Positions 43,846-58,328 are shown, counted from the first letter of the stretch. The stretch: DNA of 64,000 nt from Octopus vulgaris (GCA_951406725.2 OX597835.1:26288001-26352000); one strand, 5' to 3'. The notes: generated by a model from the sequence alone, not told the origin. Made by a program: numbers and translations.

Positions 43846-44599
43846 ACTTTCAAGTTGGTTTAGCGTATACTGATTTATCTTTCCTTTTGCACAGCTTCCA
43901 TAATACAATTCTTGGAAACAACTTGTCTTTTGTTCTTCAGTGTTTTTATTATTTTTTGTAAAGAATCTAGTGCTATTTCAACCACGCAGATAAATCTACA
44001 AAATTTTTATTGGAAATATCGAAAGACACAACAATTTCAATTTGCTATCTTTGCTTATTGTTGGGTTCTTTTGCCAAACATGATTTGATGCGATAACGGC
44101 AACATCATGTGGGTGTAATTCTTCTTTTTATGCCTTTGCTGTTATCACATTGATTTCTAACAATATTTCAAAGAAATATAAAAAGTGAACGACTATTTTG
44201 ACAGTCTCATTCTCGATTAATATTAGATTATCTTCATCAGGTGATCCCAAGATAATTATTGGTTCAGTTCTGCGTAAAATTAGTGAATAAACTACATGAT
44301 ATCTTATTTTTCTAATCAAGTTCTTGATTAAACTTCACAATGCTTCTAAGCTAGTAACAATGTGAAATATATCGTAGTTATATTTATTCATGTCAAAACT
44401 ACACCAATCGGTTTTACTTGATGTGATATACAAATGCAGAAGAAATTATGATCAACACGAGTTTATATCAGTTGTTCCCTCCATATATTTCACCACTGTA
44501 GTAATCTGAGGCTCGTGCATTTTTGATGTTCTAAGTGCAACTAGATGCAAGCTCGGTCTTGCAATAGCTTTTGATCCGTGTAAAAAATAATGGATTCAC

Positions 44600-44782
44600 A
44601 TTGTGGCACAAGGCCAGTAGATTCGGAGTAAAGTTTAAGTAGGTTACATAAACCCCCCAGTGCCCAAGTGGTACTTATTTTATCGACTACAAAACGATGT
44701 AAGACAAAGTCGAGCTCGACGGGGACTTTGAACACAGAACAGGGAGATGGACGAAATGTCACTAAGCAGTTTCCTTGGCGAA
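44600..44782 (-). mobile_element. SINE family A fragment
   Basis: ggcacaaggccag...ggtacttattttatcgac...caaagtcga...ggacgaaat..ctaagca. Confidence 0.75.
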
Positions 44783-44962
44783 TCAGTGCAAAAAATGATG
44801 CAATAAAAATTTTCCTCTAATGAATTGGTGTGATTCAGTATCCAGTTGCATTTGTATCACCGACAATTGAGGATGCAAATAACCAGAATGAGAAAACGTA
44901 CATGGGTAGCATGTGATATAAGCTGCATCTTTTGGCTATTATACTCTTACACACACACACAA

Positions 44963-45005
<43 letters not shown>

Positions 45006-45010
45006 ATAAA

Positions 45011-45559
45011 AATGCAATGCGAAAGTATTGCTTTCCAGTAAAAGATAGCCCGTAAGGGTAAAATTATACATATAAAAGTAAATAAATGTTACAATCTGAA
45101 AAATGGAAAACCTAGAATCGGATAATGCAGTACCGCTTTCAGACTCTTCAAATACGTTTGACAACGTGGATTTGATTTGTCCTCATCAGCTGCATCTACC
45201 TGGACAAAATTTCATATGATGCCACATCTATGCCAGTACACTCGTCTGAACGCCAAAACGTTAACAGAACGATAACAGTGAAGAAGTTTCAATGAAAATA
45301 ATAATGCAATACGAAAGTATTGCTTTCCAGTAAAAGATAGCCCGTAAGGGTAAAATAATACATATAAAAGTAAATAAATGGTACAACGAGGCACGGATAT
45401 TTACTGCATTATCCGATTCTAGGTTTTCCATTTTCATGTTTGTTGCACACACGCGTCTTTACTAGTATATACGCAGTGAAGCTATACTATAGCGTCGTAT
45501 TTATTACGATTGCTATTTTCCAGTAAATATCGGTGCCTCGTTGTACCATTTATTTACTT
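45011..45559 (-). mobile_element. Hammerhead-bearing non-autonomous retroelement with partial tandem and 5' inversion
   Basis: Direct repeat 45011-45094 / 45303-45386. Inverted pairs 45097-45132 vs 45402-45436, and 45368-45406 vs 45521-45559 (38/39 identity). (TA)n flanks. Confidence 0.85.
45124..45196 (-). ncRNA. Type I hammerhead ribozyme
   Basis: GAUGCAG-CUGAUGA-GGAC(34 nt)GUCU-GAAA-GCGG-UA/CUGCAUU. 7-bp stem I, canonical core, minimal stem III one change away from the palindrome ACCGGU. Confidence 0.85.
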
Positions 45560-45571
45560 ATATATATATAT

Positions 45572-45761
45572 ATTCCAAAAAGCGAAGAACAAACACGAAG
45601 GAAGGGCGTGGTACATGTAAAGTATTAGCAGACGCTCAAGGGAGGAAAGAAAGGTGGTTTCACGTTTCGAGAAAACCTGTTCTTCAGAAACAGGAGACAG
45701 AGGAATGTCCAATAGAAAGAAAGAGGGAGCAAAAAAAATCGCCAACGATTCACATGTGGTT

Positions 45762-45768
<7 letters not shown>
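45572..45768 (-). mobile_element. Penelope-like non-autonomous fragment with minimal HHR-like motif
   Basis: UUU-CUGAAGA-ACAGGUUUUCUC-GAAA-CG-UG-AAA at 45690-45658. A related fragment lies at 36361-36428. Confidence 0.5.
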
Positions 45769-45843
<75 letters not shown>

Positions 45844-45989
45844 TATCAATTTGGAGGCTTTTGTTCCCATCAATTTTAACTGTACCTTTAAATCCTTCTT
45901 AAGCCCTTTTCATTGCACTTTCTGTGTGTGTTGTTGTTAAACAGAGGAAGAGGAACATTACAAAAGGTTGCATGCTTGTTGTACTCCCG

Positions 45990-46387
45990 CTCGGTCTCAG
46001 AACATTCAATGAAGCCTACCATAGTTTTGAGAGAATAGAGTGATTTATCGAAGGCTTTTGGTGGTCGATCAAAAACAATTCACTTTCCTGACGAAACTTG
46101 TTAACTCTACGAATAACAAAAGATAACACAAAACAATATTGATTCCTTTGGCTATTTTTGGATGTTGTCCATCAACTATCTGACCGCAAATCTAAACTCC
46201 ATGTTTTTGTGCACAGACAGTGTAAGAACTGCAATGATATCTCTTCATTCTTTACCAATTTTCCGAAATTCTGCTGCTATGTCATCTGTTCCAGGACAGC
46301 TATTCTTCAGATATTTCATGCCTACATTTCAATTGTTTTCTTTGTATGTGTGTATGTATGTGTGTGCATGCACGCGTGTGTATGTGT

Positions 46388-46443
<56 letters not shown>

Positions 46444-47420
46444 GTGTGTATATATATATATGCGTGTGTGTGTGTATGTTACTTTTAGGCATTGGCAGTA
46501 GAGCTTTTCCTACTATTAAGATTTTTTATATCGCTTTGCGGATTCCGTCCTTTTGATTAGGTTCTGTTTGACTAACATCTATTGTCTTATTCTATAAGTT
46601 GAAGCCGCATTCTTTCCCATCATTCTTTTATATCTTTCACTTCATAAAACATATCACCATCTTTGTCTTTGATAACATCATTCCTTGCTGCAAATCTTCA
46701 TGTTATTAGCTTCACTGCTTTGTAAAAATTTGTAGCAACATTATGTTATATTCTTCTTGTAAATTTTTTCATTGAAATTTCTCCAATTTCATCTGAAATT
46801 TTTGTTGATTTTTTCCTGCTTATCATTCTTGTATCATAATATTTTTCTTTTCTTCCTATCATAGTTTAAATTTTACGGCTCAGCTGTTGGTATCATACGT
46901 TCGATTTATAGGATGTCGTAACATTTCCTTTCACAGATCTTTCTTTCGGCAGTTTTATGCATTGTCTTTTCTCTTATCCACTTCAATAGTTTTTCCTTTT
47001 TATTTCTATAGCTTCTTTCCTAATAATAATAATAATATTTTCTCTTATTTTCCAAAACCACTTTATTCCACAATTCCTCCGGGTGGTTTTGCTTTTCTTC
47101 TTCAAATTGCCAAAGAGTGTTCGAATAGTTCTTATGTATATATTTCTATTACGCCATTATATTAATTTCAAATGTTTGTAAGATTGTATCTTGTTTGTGT
47201 ATCAACATTTTTTTATTACACTGAAAAACGCAATTGAACTTTGGTAACAAGAAGGCAAAATATATTGTTGCTGTCGGCATTAGGATATGTTCTAGATTTT
47301 TATTTATCTCAAAGCATTATTTTTCCATTTCATCATTGTTGGAATGTAAAGCAATTTCTTTGATTACCAATCCAGCGATCAGAAGATTTCCAAGTGTAAA
47401 AGAGTCTATAATCTTCTTTT
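45990..47420 (-). mobile_element. Highly decayed LINE (RT-region remnants)
   Basis: Minus-strand remnants MKYLKNSCPGTDDIAAEF and KAFDKS, with many stops. Confidence 0.4.
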
Positions 47421-47455
47421 AATATATATGTGTATATGTGTGTATATACATACAT

Positions 47456-47552
<97 letters not shown>

Positions 47553-48002
47553 CATACACTTATATATACATATATATACACATATTTATAAATGGGTATA
47601 TATATATATATATATATATGCATTTATATGTACGTATACACATGCGTATGCACATACACTTACATACACACACACACATGCTCACAAACACACACACATA
47701 CACACACAATTATAACTGACCTCTCCCACTCACCGTATTGACTTCTATACCAGAAAATATTTATATATATATATTTTACAAGCCTCACAATACATGCAAT
47801 AACACACACGTGTGTATATGCGTACCTGTATGCGCGCGCATGCGTGTGCATGTGTGTGTATTGATGGCTATATATCTTCGTATCTTGTTTAACTTTTGAA
47901 AATTTCTCATTTTAGTACACTTTTACAGAAACTTTCTTTTTATATGACGCTTAAAATGCGGTCACTCTCCCGCTAGAAATGGTAGCTAAATTTTACACAT
48001 AT

Positions 48003-48358
48003 AGGCACAGGCATGACTGTGTGGTAAGAAGTTTACTTCCCAACCAGATGGCTCCGGGCTCAGCCCGACTCCCTGGCACTATCGCTAAAGAAGTGCCCGA
48101 CTTCCTGGCACCCTGGGTAAGGAAGTGGCTTCTACTACAGCCTTGTGAGTGGATTGGATTTGGAACCCCACAAAATCCCATTGTCTATATATATATGTGT
48201 GTGTGTGTGTATGAGCTTGCGTGTGTGTGTGTGTATGCGTGTGCGCGAGCACGTGCGGTTGTGTTACTCCGTCACCACCCCCGCTTGGCAATCTGTGTCG
48301 GTGCGTTTACCTCTCCGTACCGTAGCGGTAATAGAGTGACCGAGATAATAAGCACCAA
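48003..48358 (+). mobile_element. SINE family B
   Basis: aggcacaggcatgactgtgtggtaagaagtttacttcccaacc...ggctcagcccgact...ctactacagccttgtgagtggatt. Confidence 0.75.
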
Positions 48359-48561
48359 TCCTATATATATATATATATATATATATAATGTTACATGCGT
48401 GCGGTACCTATGAATAATGATATGTAACTAAATTCTGTTTTTAAATGACTTGCTTTGAAGTTTTGCATTCGGTACAATTTGTTTATTTTAGTAGTTTTGA
48501 CTGCAAAAGTCCCTCCTAGCGTGCGGTACCTATGAATAATAGTACCCTCTATATAATATAT

Positions 48562-48840
48562 GTCTCACGTTTGATCTTTGACTTCTGGCCGAAATCAGAT
48601 CGCCATGTTGATTCGCTAGCCTCTGCACGCATTTTTTTTCTCTCCTTCTTTCTGTGTTTCTTCTCTGCGTATCTTTCTGTTGAAGAGCGTAGGCTCGAAA
48701 CGTTAAAGACTTGTTCTATTTATATTCCTGAGCGCCATACTAATATAATTGTTTGTTTGTATTCCACCTGCCTTCGTCTTTTGTTTATTTCCGTAAACCT
48801 GCCTACGTCTTTTGTCTATTTTCATAAAGCTTCCCGTTAT
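48562..48840 (+). mobile_element. Penelope-like non-autonomous element with variant HHR (CUGUUGA core)
   Basis: UCUUU-CUGUUGA-A-GAGC guag GCUC-GAAA-CG-UU-AAAGA at 48672-48709. (TA)n on both sides. Confidence 0.6.
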
Positions 48841-48858
48841 ATATATATATATATATAG

Positions 48859-49850
48859 GATGAAAGACAAATTTCAACTCAGAGTGTAAAGATGAGCGAA
48901 ACGCTTGTAACCATTTTGGTAAGCGTTCTAACCATTCTGCCATCTCGCTGTGTTAACGATAGTAATAATACTTTTGGTTTCAAATTCTGGGACAAAGCTA
49001 GCAACATTTTTGCACGGAAGTGGGAAATTCAATTACATCGACCTCGGGGTTTGATTGGTGCTTGTTTTATCAACTCGATATAACGAACGGCAAGGTCCAC
49101 GTCAGCAGAATCTGAATCCGGGACACAATGAAGGAAGAAATTTCGCTACCACTTTATTCGGCGTGATAACCACTCTGCCAGCTGCTGTCTTAGCAATGAT
49201 AATAATAACCCTTTCTCCTAAAGGCACAAGGCCAGAAATTTGGTGGGAGGAGACTAGTCGATTACATCGAGCCCAGTGAAACACCAGTACTTAATTTATT
49301 GATTCCGAAAGGATGAAATGCGAAGTCGACGCCGGCGGGATTTGAACTCAAAACGTAAAGACAGAAGAAATACTGCTAAGCGTTTTTTCCCAGCGGGCTA
49401 ATCATTCGGCCAGCTCGCCTCATAACCTTAACAATAAAAATAATCCTTTCTACTATAGGCAAAAGGCCTGAAGTTTTTGGGGGGAGTGGGAAGGGACTAG
49501 TCGATTGAATCGACCCTCAGTATTTCACTGGTACCTAATTTGTTGCCCCCCCCCAATGGATGAAAAGCAAAGTCGACCTCGGTAGCATTTCAAAACAGAA
49601 CGCAAAGAGGGACGAAATACCTATTTCTTTACTACCCACGAAGGGCTAAACACAGACAGGACAAACAAGGACAGACGGATTAAGTCGATTATATCGACCC
49701 CCATTGCGTAACTGGTACTTTATTTAATCGACCCCGAAAGGATGAAAGGCAAAGTCGACCTCGGCGGAATTTGAACTCAGAACGTAGCGCTAGACGAAAT
49801 ACCGCTAAGCATTCCGCCCGGCGTGCTAACGTTTCTGCCAGCTCGCCGCC
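48859..49850 (-). mobile_element. SINE family A chain; last copy near-intact
   Basis: 49700-49850 reads aactggtact...atcgaccccgaaaggatgaaaggcaaagtcgacctcggcggaatttgaactcagaacgt...ctgccagctcgccgcc. Confidence 0.9.
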
Positions 49851-49915
49851 TTTGCCTTAACGACGACGACAACAACAACAACAACAACAACAGCAACAAC
49901 AATAATAATAATAAC

Positions 49916-49971
<56 letters not shown>

Positions 49972-50897
49972 TAATAATGATAACAACAACAACAACAAAA
50001 TTAGCAATAAGGTTAACATCAATACCAACTAAAATTACAATAACAAAAAAATTCTGACTTCGATAACAATAATAACACCAGCAGGTACATGTTCTACAGT
50101 GACAACAAGAGATCTGACTACAATAATGACACCAAAACCGACAAAACGACCACAGCAATAACAGCATGTCAACAAAAACAATAAAACAACAAAAAATGTC
50201 GACAAAAGCAACAAAATTATCAACAAAAACAATAATAAAACAACAATGTCAACAGAAACAAAAACAATAATAAAACAACAATGTCAACAGAAACAAGAAA
50301 AATGTCAACAAATATAATAATAAAACAATGTCAAGGAATACAATAACAATAAGAACAAAAAATGACAACAAAAACGGCTAAAATGTGAACAGAAATAATG
50401 AAACACAAAAAATGTCTACAAAAACAATAAAAGGAAAGATGTCAACATAAACAACAAAAAAGTCAACAAAAACAACAAAAGTGTCAACAAAAGTAATAAA
50501 ACACAAAAGCTGTCTACAAAAACGATAAAACAACAGACGTCAACAAAAACAACAAAAACGTCAACAAAACAATAATAAAACAAAAGGAACAGCCGTAAAC
50601 ATAACAGTAAGAAGAACAGTAATTTAAAAATGTATAAAGATCTGTAACCAATGGCCCTAACAACAACAACAACAATACCAAAATCAACGACAGAAAAATA
50701 ACAACAACAGGTTCGAATCCCCTTATTTTTTCCGCCAATCACAAAACGTCTTCCATGATTTTCATTTTATATTTGTTTACTTAACTTTATTGTTCTTATC
50801 TTTTATGCTTTACTTTTTGCTGTTTTAGTTTTAGTTTTTTTTTGTTGTTTCGTAATTAAAATAAACTTAGCTGGCAGGAAATGAGGTGACATCTTTA

Positions 50898-51384
50898 TAC
50901 ATACATACATACATACATACATACATACTTACATACATGCATACATACATACTTACATACATACATACATACATGCATACATGGATACATACATACATAC
51001 ATACATACATACATACATACATTCATGCATGCAAAAATACCTACCTACATACATACATACATACATACATACATACATACATACATACATACATACATAC
51101 ATACATACATACATACATTCATGCATGCAAAAATACCTACCTACTTACATACATACATACATGCATACATACATACATACATACATACATACATGGATAC
51201 ATACATACATACATACATACATACATACATACATACATACATGCAAAATACCTACCTACATACATACATACATACATGCATACATACATACATACATACA
51301 TACATACATACATGCATGCATACATACATACATACATACGTACATGCATACATACATACATACATACATACATACATACATACA

Positions 51385-51415
<31 letters not shown>

Positions 51416-51590
51416 CATACATACATACATACATACATACATACATACATACATACATACATACATACATACATACATACATACATACATACATACATAC
51501 ATACATACATACATACATACATACATACATACATACGTACATGCATACATACATACATACATGCATACATACATACATACATACACATAC
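50898..51590. repeat. (TACA)n array with higher-order variants
   Basis: Direct reading; atgcaaaaatacctacc recurs three times. Confidence 0.95.
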
Positions 51591-51843
51591 ATATATATGT
51601 GTATATACCAATCTATGTATGTATATATATATTTACATACATGCATACATATATATATGTCTACGCATACGAACATGTATACATATATATATATACATAC
51701 AAATATACATGTATACAATTATACATATACATACAAATATACATATATACATCCGTATATACATATATATATATATGAATATGCATATATTCCTATATAC
51801 ATGCACATATATATATATATATATGCATATATGCATAAGTATG

Positions 51844-51883
<40 letters not shown>

Positions 51884-52108
51884 TATGTCTGTGTTTCTGA
51901 GTGTTTGTCGGTAATATATGCATATACATACATACATACATACATACATACATACATACATACATACAAGTAATAACGTGAATGTGACTTAAGCTTACAA
52001 TTTCTTTTTTGTTTAGAAGCAAATTTTAGTCGCTTTTCGCGGATTACCATGATACAATATATTTAATTTAGACTTTCTCATCAAGTAAACGCTATTACTA
52101 TTACCACA

Positions 52109-52207
<99 letters not shown>

Positions 52208-52220
52208 GCTGCTATTACTC

Positions 52221-52319
<99 letters not shown>

Positions 52320-52600
52320 AACTACGCCTGCTGGTACTGCTGCAACGGATGGGATCACCTCTCCTGATACTAGATGTAGAGTTATGGCTGATATTAATAA
52401 TTGCATAAGTTTCGTCAACATCATCAATTCATCAATATTGCCATCACTACAGGGATTATCAAGCCCGTAGATATTATAATCATCATCATCGTCGCCATCG
52501 TCATCGTTGTCGTCGTCGACGTTTTTATCATCACCACTGCCATCATCGTAATGATGATCGTCATCATCTCCATCGCCACCGACATCGCCATCGGCATCGC

Positions 52601-52637
<37 letters not shown>

Positions 52638-52778
52638 GTCATCATCATCATCATCACCATCATCATCATCGCCATCGCCATCAACATCATCATCATCTTC
52701 ATCATTTCATCATGAACATCGCCATCGCCATCAATATCATCATCATCATCATCACCATCATCATAATTTCATCATGAA

Positions 52779-52823
<45 letters not shown>

Positions 52824-53216
52824 TTCATCATCATTTCATTATCAATATCGGCATCGCCATTATCATCGTCACATCCGCATCATCTTCATCATCATCGCCA
52901 TCGTTGCCATCATCATCATCGTTTAATTATGTTTCTTGTTTCCTGCAAGCCCTTTCCCGGTTCTACGCACGTTTTTCCTTTCCTCCTTGATTATTTCGAA
53001 GTATTTTCTTTCTTTTTCCCTTTCCCTTATTCCTCATTTTTTTTCTGCCTGTTGCCTAATCTCCTCATCATCCTATGTCATTGTCCCATTTTTCCGTCGC
53101 CATCCTTGTGTTCCACCATTAAATTTAGGAAGGGGTGCAGCAAACAGAAACTGGAATCAGCTCCAACAATGATCGAACAAATATAAATACGAAGGTAGCG
53201 AGAATTAAAGCAACAT

Positions 53217-53278
<62 letters not shown>

Positions 53279-53341
53279 GTTAATGTATATATATACATAC
53301 ACATATATATACACATATACATATATGTATATATGTGTGTG

Positions 53342-53418
<77 letters not shown>

Positions 53419-53612
53419 TGAGAGGTTTGTGTATACACACTCGCACATACACACACACACAAGCATGCAACCTCACCGCCATTCCAAACATCACTACCAC
53501 CACCGCCTTCACTACTGAATCAATGATTAAATAAATAAAGATTTCTTCCCGAGGAGACAGAGCGATAAGTAAATATTAGGATGATGATGATGATGATGAT
53601 GATATAATGATA

Positions 53613-53666
<54 letters not shown>

Positions 53667-54092
53667 TCCTTTCTGGCCGCAGGGATTTGAAAACAAGTTA
53701 GGAATGAGATGTACAAAAGAAAATAAGGAGAAAAGCAGGAGGTTGCATCGAGATCGATATAGACAAAAATTTGCTTCAACAGTTGCCGTGTTCTCTTTTC
53801 TGATGTAGTTACGGCTCCTCTATTATTTTTTAAGCTGCAGCGTAACACCCTTCAACGCCTTCCAATTCGTGGCGAAGACTCCAGCATGAAAGCACCAGGA
53901 CAGGCACGGGAATGGCATGCTTGCTCAACCGATTGCGCGTTGTCAAAACGTTTCCATTATCACTTTTTACAGTTGCCGCGATAGTCGGTTCTCTCGTGAG
54001 CCTTAATTTAATGATGCTGTTATGTCCATACGTTATTTGACACTCTACATATCCCCGCGCTGCCTCTTCTAGGAGACATCTTTATTGTCGCT

Positions 54093-54126
<34 letters not shown>

Positions 54127-54645
54127 CTATCATCATCATCATCAACTTCTCGTTTGAAACAGCTGTTATTTTTGGGATAATTCTCTCAGGTAGAGAGCCG
54201 GCATTTTTACAATAGATAAAAGCATGGGACTGTGCCTTTTGATTTTCCCCATAGATTGATTCATGTCAAAGTTTCTGTTATTTGGATGTACATTTGCAGA
54301 CAATGGCCACTGACCCAGAATTCAAACACTTCCTGTTGACAAAGTAGGTGTCTAAATTCGAAAGTAGTTGAAGGTGTTGTTGTTGTTGCTGTTATAATTG
54401 CTATTTGTTTTTTCGCAAATTTCATTTTATGAATTTTTTACTATAGAACTTAGAGGTTAATAGAGAAACCGTTGTTACTCACATTGTTGTCGTTGTCCGT
54501 CTATCGACATGTATTACACATCGCCCCCATACGTTGATTGTTATTTATATGTGGTTGAATGTCAAGCTTCTTACCACACAGTCACGCCTTCGCCTACACT
54601 GCCAGCCACAACTGCGCTTTCATATATGTGCATGCATATATATGA

Positions 54646-54705
<60 letters not shown>

Positions 54706-56139
54706 GAATATGTGTGTGTATGCGTGTGTTTGTGTTTGTGTGCGTTTATGTGCTATGACTGAAAACTCTCTATGTATTTGGTACACACATAATTAAATAT
54801 TCCTAATACCTTTCCGTTTCCCTAAAATATATTATCTGTTTGCCGTGACATAAAATAAATAAATTCAATTTCCATGTCAGTTAAAAAAAATCCTGTTTTT
54901 TCTCCCATTTTTTTCCACATAAAAGATGGGATCTTACTCTCTGTATATCAAAGTTCCTACTATAACCGCATAGACTAAGATTTCGGCCAACTTCAAACAA
55001 AATTACTCCTTCATTGAATAAAAATGGCGGCCTCTTCTCCTCCCGCGACGCTGACATTTGATCCACTAAAGAGCAGTTTCGATTTACATGAAACCCTAAT
55101 ACACATAAGGCAACGGCATCTTTTCTTTTTCTCTATAGTTTTCATTATCACCTATTGATAGTTTGCGCATGATGAATGCTTGCTTAATTTCTAGCATCTA
55201 CTCACCAAAGACAAAGGTTATACAAAATTCAACAAGCCAGTGTAAATTGCATACAAGATGGCGTTACTAATTGCACAATTTGTAACCTGCCATATATAAG
55301 CTCGCTATATAATAAGCGACGTGCAGACTGCTATTATCCAAATGATATGGAAAGGGAAACGATTTCATTCTTTTGTTGTCTTTCTCGTCTTTCTTATTAT
55401 TTGTCCCTGTACGCTTTCTCACCCCCTCTTTGTCTCTTCCCTTCTCTCTCGCTCTCTCGCACCTTTCACACCCGACAACTACCAGCAGCCGACCGTTAAC
55501 TGTCACCCGTTAGTTACCCTTTCCAATAACCGATTCTTACATGACCAGTGTGAAATATGATTCCAATATAATCAGTTTCTCCTCTGACTTTCTCTCTATC
55601 GCTGTCTCCTCTTTCTCTCTCTTTCTCTCTGTCTTTCTCTTTCTCTCCGTGTCTTTGTCACTCGCTGTCATTCTCTATTCTCTCTCTCTCTTTCTCTCTC
55701 CCACTCCCTCTATTGTTAGATATGGACGCTGAAGAACACGCCGTCACTACTTTAGTAAATAAGAATTATTACACCCTTTGATTTATATACGTGCATGTAC
55801 ATATGTATATGTATATGTGTGTGTGTGTGTGTGCGCGTGTGCATGTGTGTGTGTTTGAAAGGATGTCCCTATGTACGCATACGCATAAATACAAGGGAGA
55901 GAGAGAGAAAGAGAGGGATTATATATATATTTATATGTATGCATGTATGTATGTATATGTATATATGAGGTAATATATAATATGCATATATATGATATAT
56001 ATATTACATATATACGCATTGTATATACACGCATACATAGACACACAGACATATGCACGCACACACATACACACACTCACACATATATATACACAATATC
56101 TATTTAGATTTGGTAATGCAGCGTATATTAGTATAAACG

Positions 56140-56224
<85 letters not shown>

Positions 56225-56271
56225 CTTCACATATGCATACACACATGCACACCACACACGCTCATACATAG

Positions 56272-56722
56272 ATGCCGTGTCATAGAACTCTTTATGAGCA
56301 CCTCTTGAAGAAATGTGATATTAATCCCCACACAATATCCATCCAGTTTGTTGACCATCTCACACCTCGAGGTCGGAAGTGTACATTCAATAACTCTATA
56401 GAATTGGTCATATTTTCGAGCCGCCATATTATTACATCAGTTAATTGTCAGCAAAGCGACAGAATACTTCGCCATATTTCATTCCGTCCTCTCAACTTCA
56501 TTAGTTCAAGTCACACATTGCTCTTCTTTTTATCCTCGTTGTCTAGCTTCAGTAATAAAATATCTCCTTTCATTTTGCATGATATTAAATAGAGTGTTTT
56601 CTGATGCTATTAGATTTGATGTGTACATAAACGGGGGTTGGCTGCTCTTTTCTCTGCTATTGCTCAAGTGATGTAGCCATCTCTGATGAGGCTCCAATAA
56701 GGATCGAAAATCGATTAAGTCT
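56272..56722 (+). mobile_element. Probable Penelope-like 3' end (GIY-YIG tail) followed by hammerhead motif
   Basis: RTLYEHLLKKCDI...IQFVDHL...SIELVIF...SVN loosely fits the PLE endonuclease tail. HHR: CU-CUGAUGA-GGCUCC aauaa GGAUC-GAAA-AUCGAU-UA-AG at 56681-56719, with the palindrome AAUCGAUU. Confidence 0.55.
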
Positions 56723-56796
56723 CTTCGTCTTTTCTATCAATCTACGGAGAAGTTAGGTAAATTGGACTATGTCTCCTAGGTAGTTTTACATGTTTT

Positions 56797-57390
56797 ATCC
56801 TTTCTGCTATAGGCAACAAGGCCTGAATTTTGTGGGTAAGTCGATTACATCGACGCTAGTACGCAACTGGTACTTATTTTATCGATCCCAAAAGAATAAA
56901 AGGCAAAGTCGATCTCGCCCGAAATTTGAACTCAGAACGTAAAGACGGACGAAATACTGCTAAGCATTTTGCCCAACATGCATACGATTATGTCAGCACA
57001 CCGCTTTAGGTTTACATTTATTATACCATAATTTGATACTGTGTGGACTAAGTTCCCAGTTGAGAGGCCGCTGATATGATATAAAATATTGAACACTTAT
57101 AGCAGTCATGGCTGTGTGGTACAAAGGAGCTTACTTCCCAGACACATGGTTCCAGGTTCAGTCCAACAGCATGGCATCTCGGGAAAGCGTTTTCCATAAT
57201 AACCCCGAGCCGTGCAAAACCTTAAATTAGCGATTCGGTACAAGATATCGCTAGAATGAGCACCTGGCTTGAAAAAAGAAAGTACTGTGGCCGATTCATT
57301 TGACTAAAACAACACTTCATGGCGGTGTCCCAGAAAGGCCGCTATCTAATGATTGAAGCCAGTAAAATGATACAGGATAAAATATAAATA
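56797..57390. mobile_element. SINE A (minus strand, 56797-57005) and SINE B (plus strand, 57100-57390)
   Basis: Shared motifs with the other copies. Confidence 0.8.
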
Positions 57391-57963
57391 AGCTCTTACT
57401 GCTACCATATATTAATCCCGAGCCCAGTGCAAACAACAAAGTTATCACCTGACACGTTATTTATGCTCATATTCTCACGCCCATTGTCCATGAAATGAAT
57501 ACAGCATATATCTGAAGAAGTCTTGCGCGTACCACAGCCGAAACATTGTGACCAAAACAACCAAGCGGTAGACCCTTGACTGGGTGTATTAGAATATGGT
57601 AACAATACGATTTACATATGAGAAATTCAGAACGTAATTTACCAAATGCTTTCTTTCTCTCATTCTGTTACGTGTTAGGTTTCTATCATTAGACTACGGC
57701 CATGCCGAAGCACTGCCTTTAATGTTTTTAATTGAACAATCGATTACAGTACTATTCTGTTTTTGTACTTGTCATACTACCTCCTTTAATTGAATCGCTA
57801 ATTACAGAAACGTAAATAAAACCAGATGTCAACCGATGTCAGCACACACACATGCACACACTACATTCACAATTTATTGATATATATATATATGTATGTA
57901 TATATATAATTTTATATATATAGATATTCAGATATATATATACATACACACACACACACATAC

Positions 57964-58029
<66 letters not shown>

Positions 58030-58033
58030 TCAT

Positions 58034-58066
<33 letters not shown>

Positions 58067-58328
58067 CAGTATATATAAAATTATATATATATATTTATCC
58101 ATCGAGATGTAGGAAGTGAGATAGCTTTAAGTAATCCACATTAAATATAGAGAAAAACAATTTTCAGGGACAATAGTGCTTTACTGAGACGGGACATTTG
58201 TGCATTTTTTTCGTTTCGAAGAACGATAAGCTGAAAAAAAAAAGTGTTCTTTCTGTTTGCTACGGTAGGCGACCAGGGTTGCCCGGTGTGCAAATAAGAA
58301 TACAAGAGTTACGGAATGGAGCAGGTAA

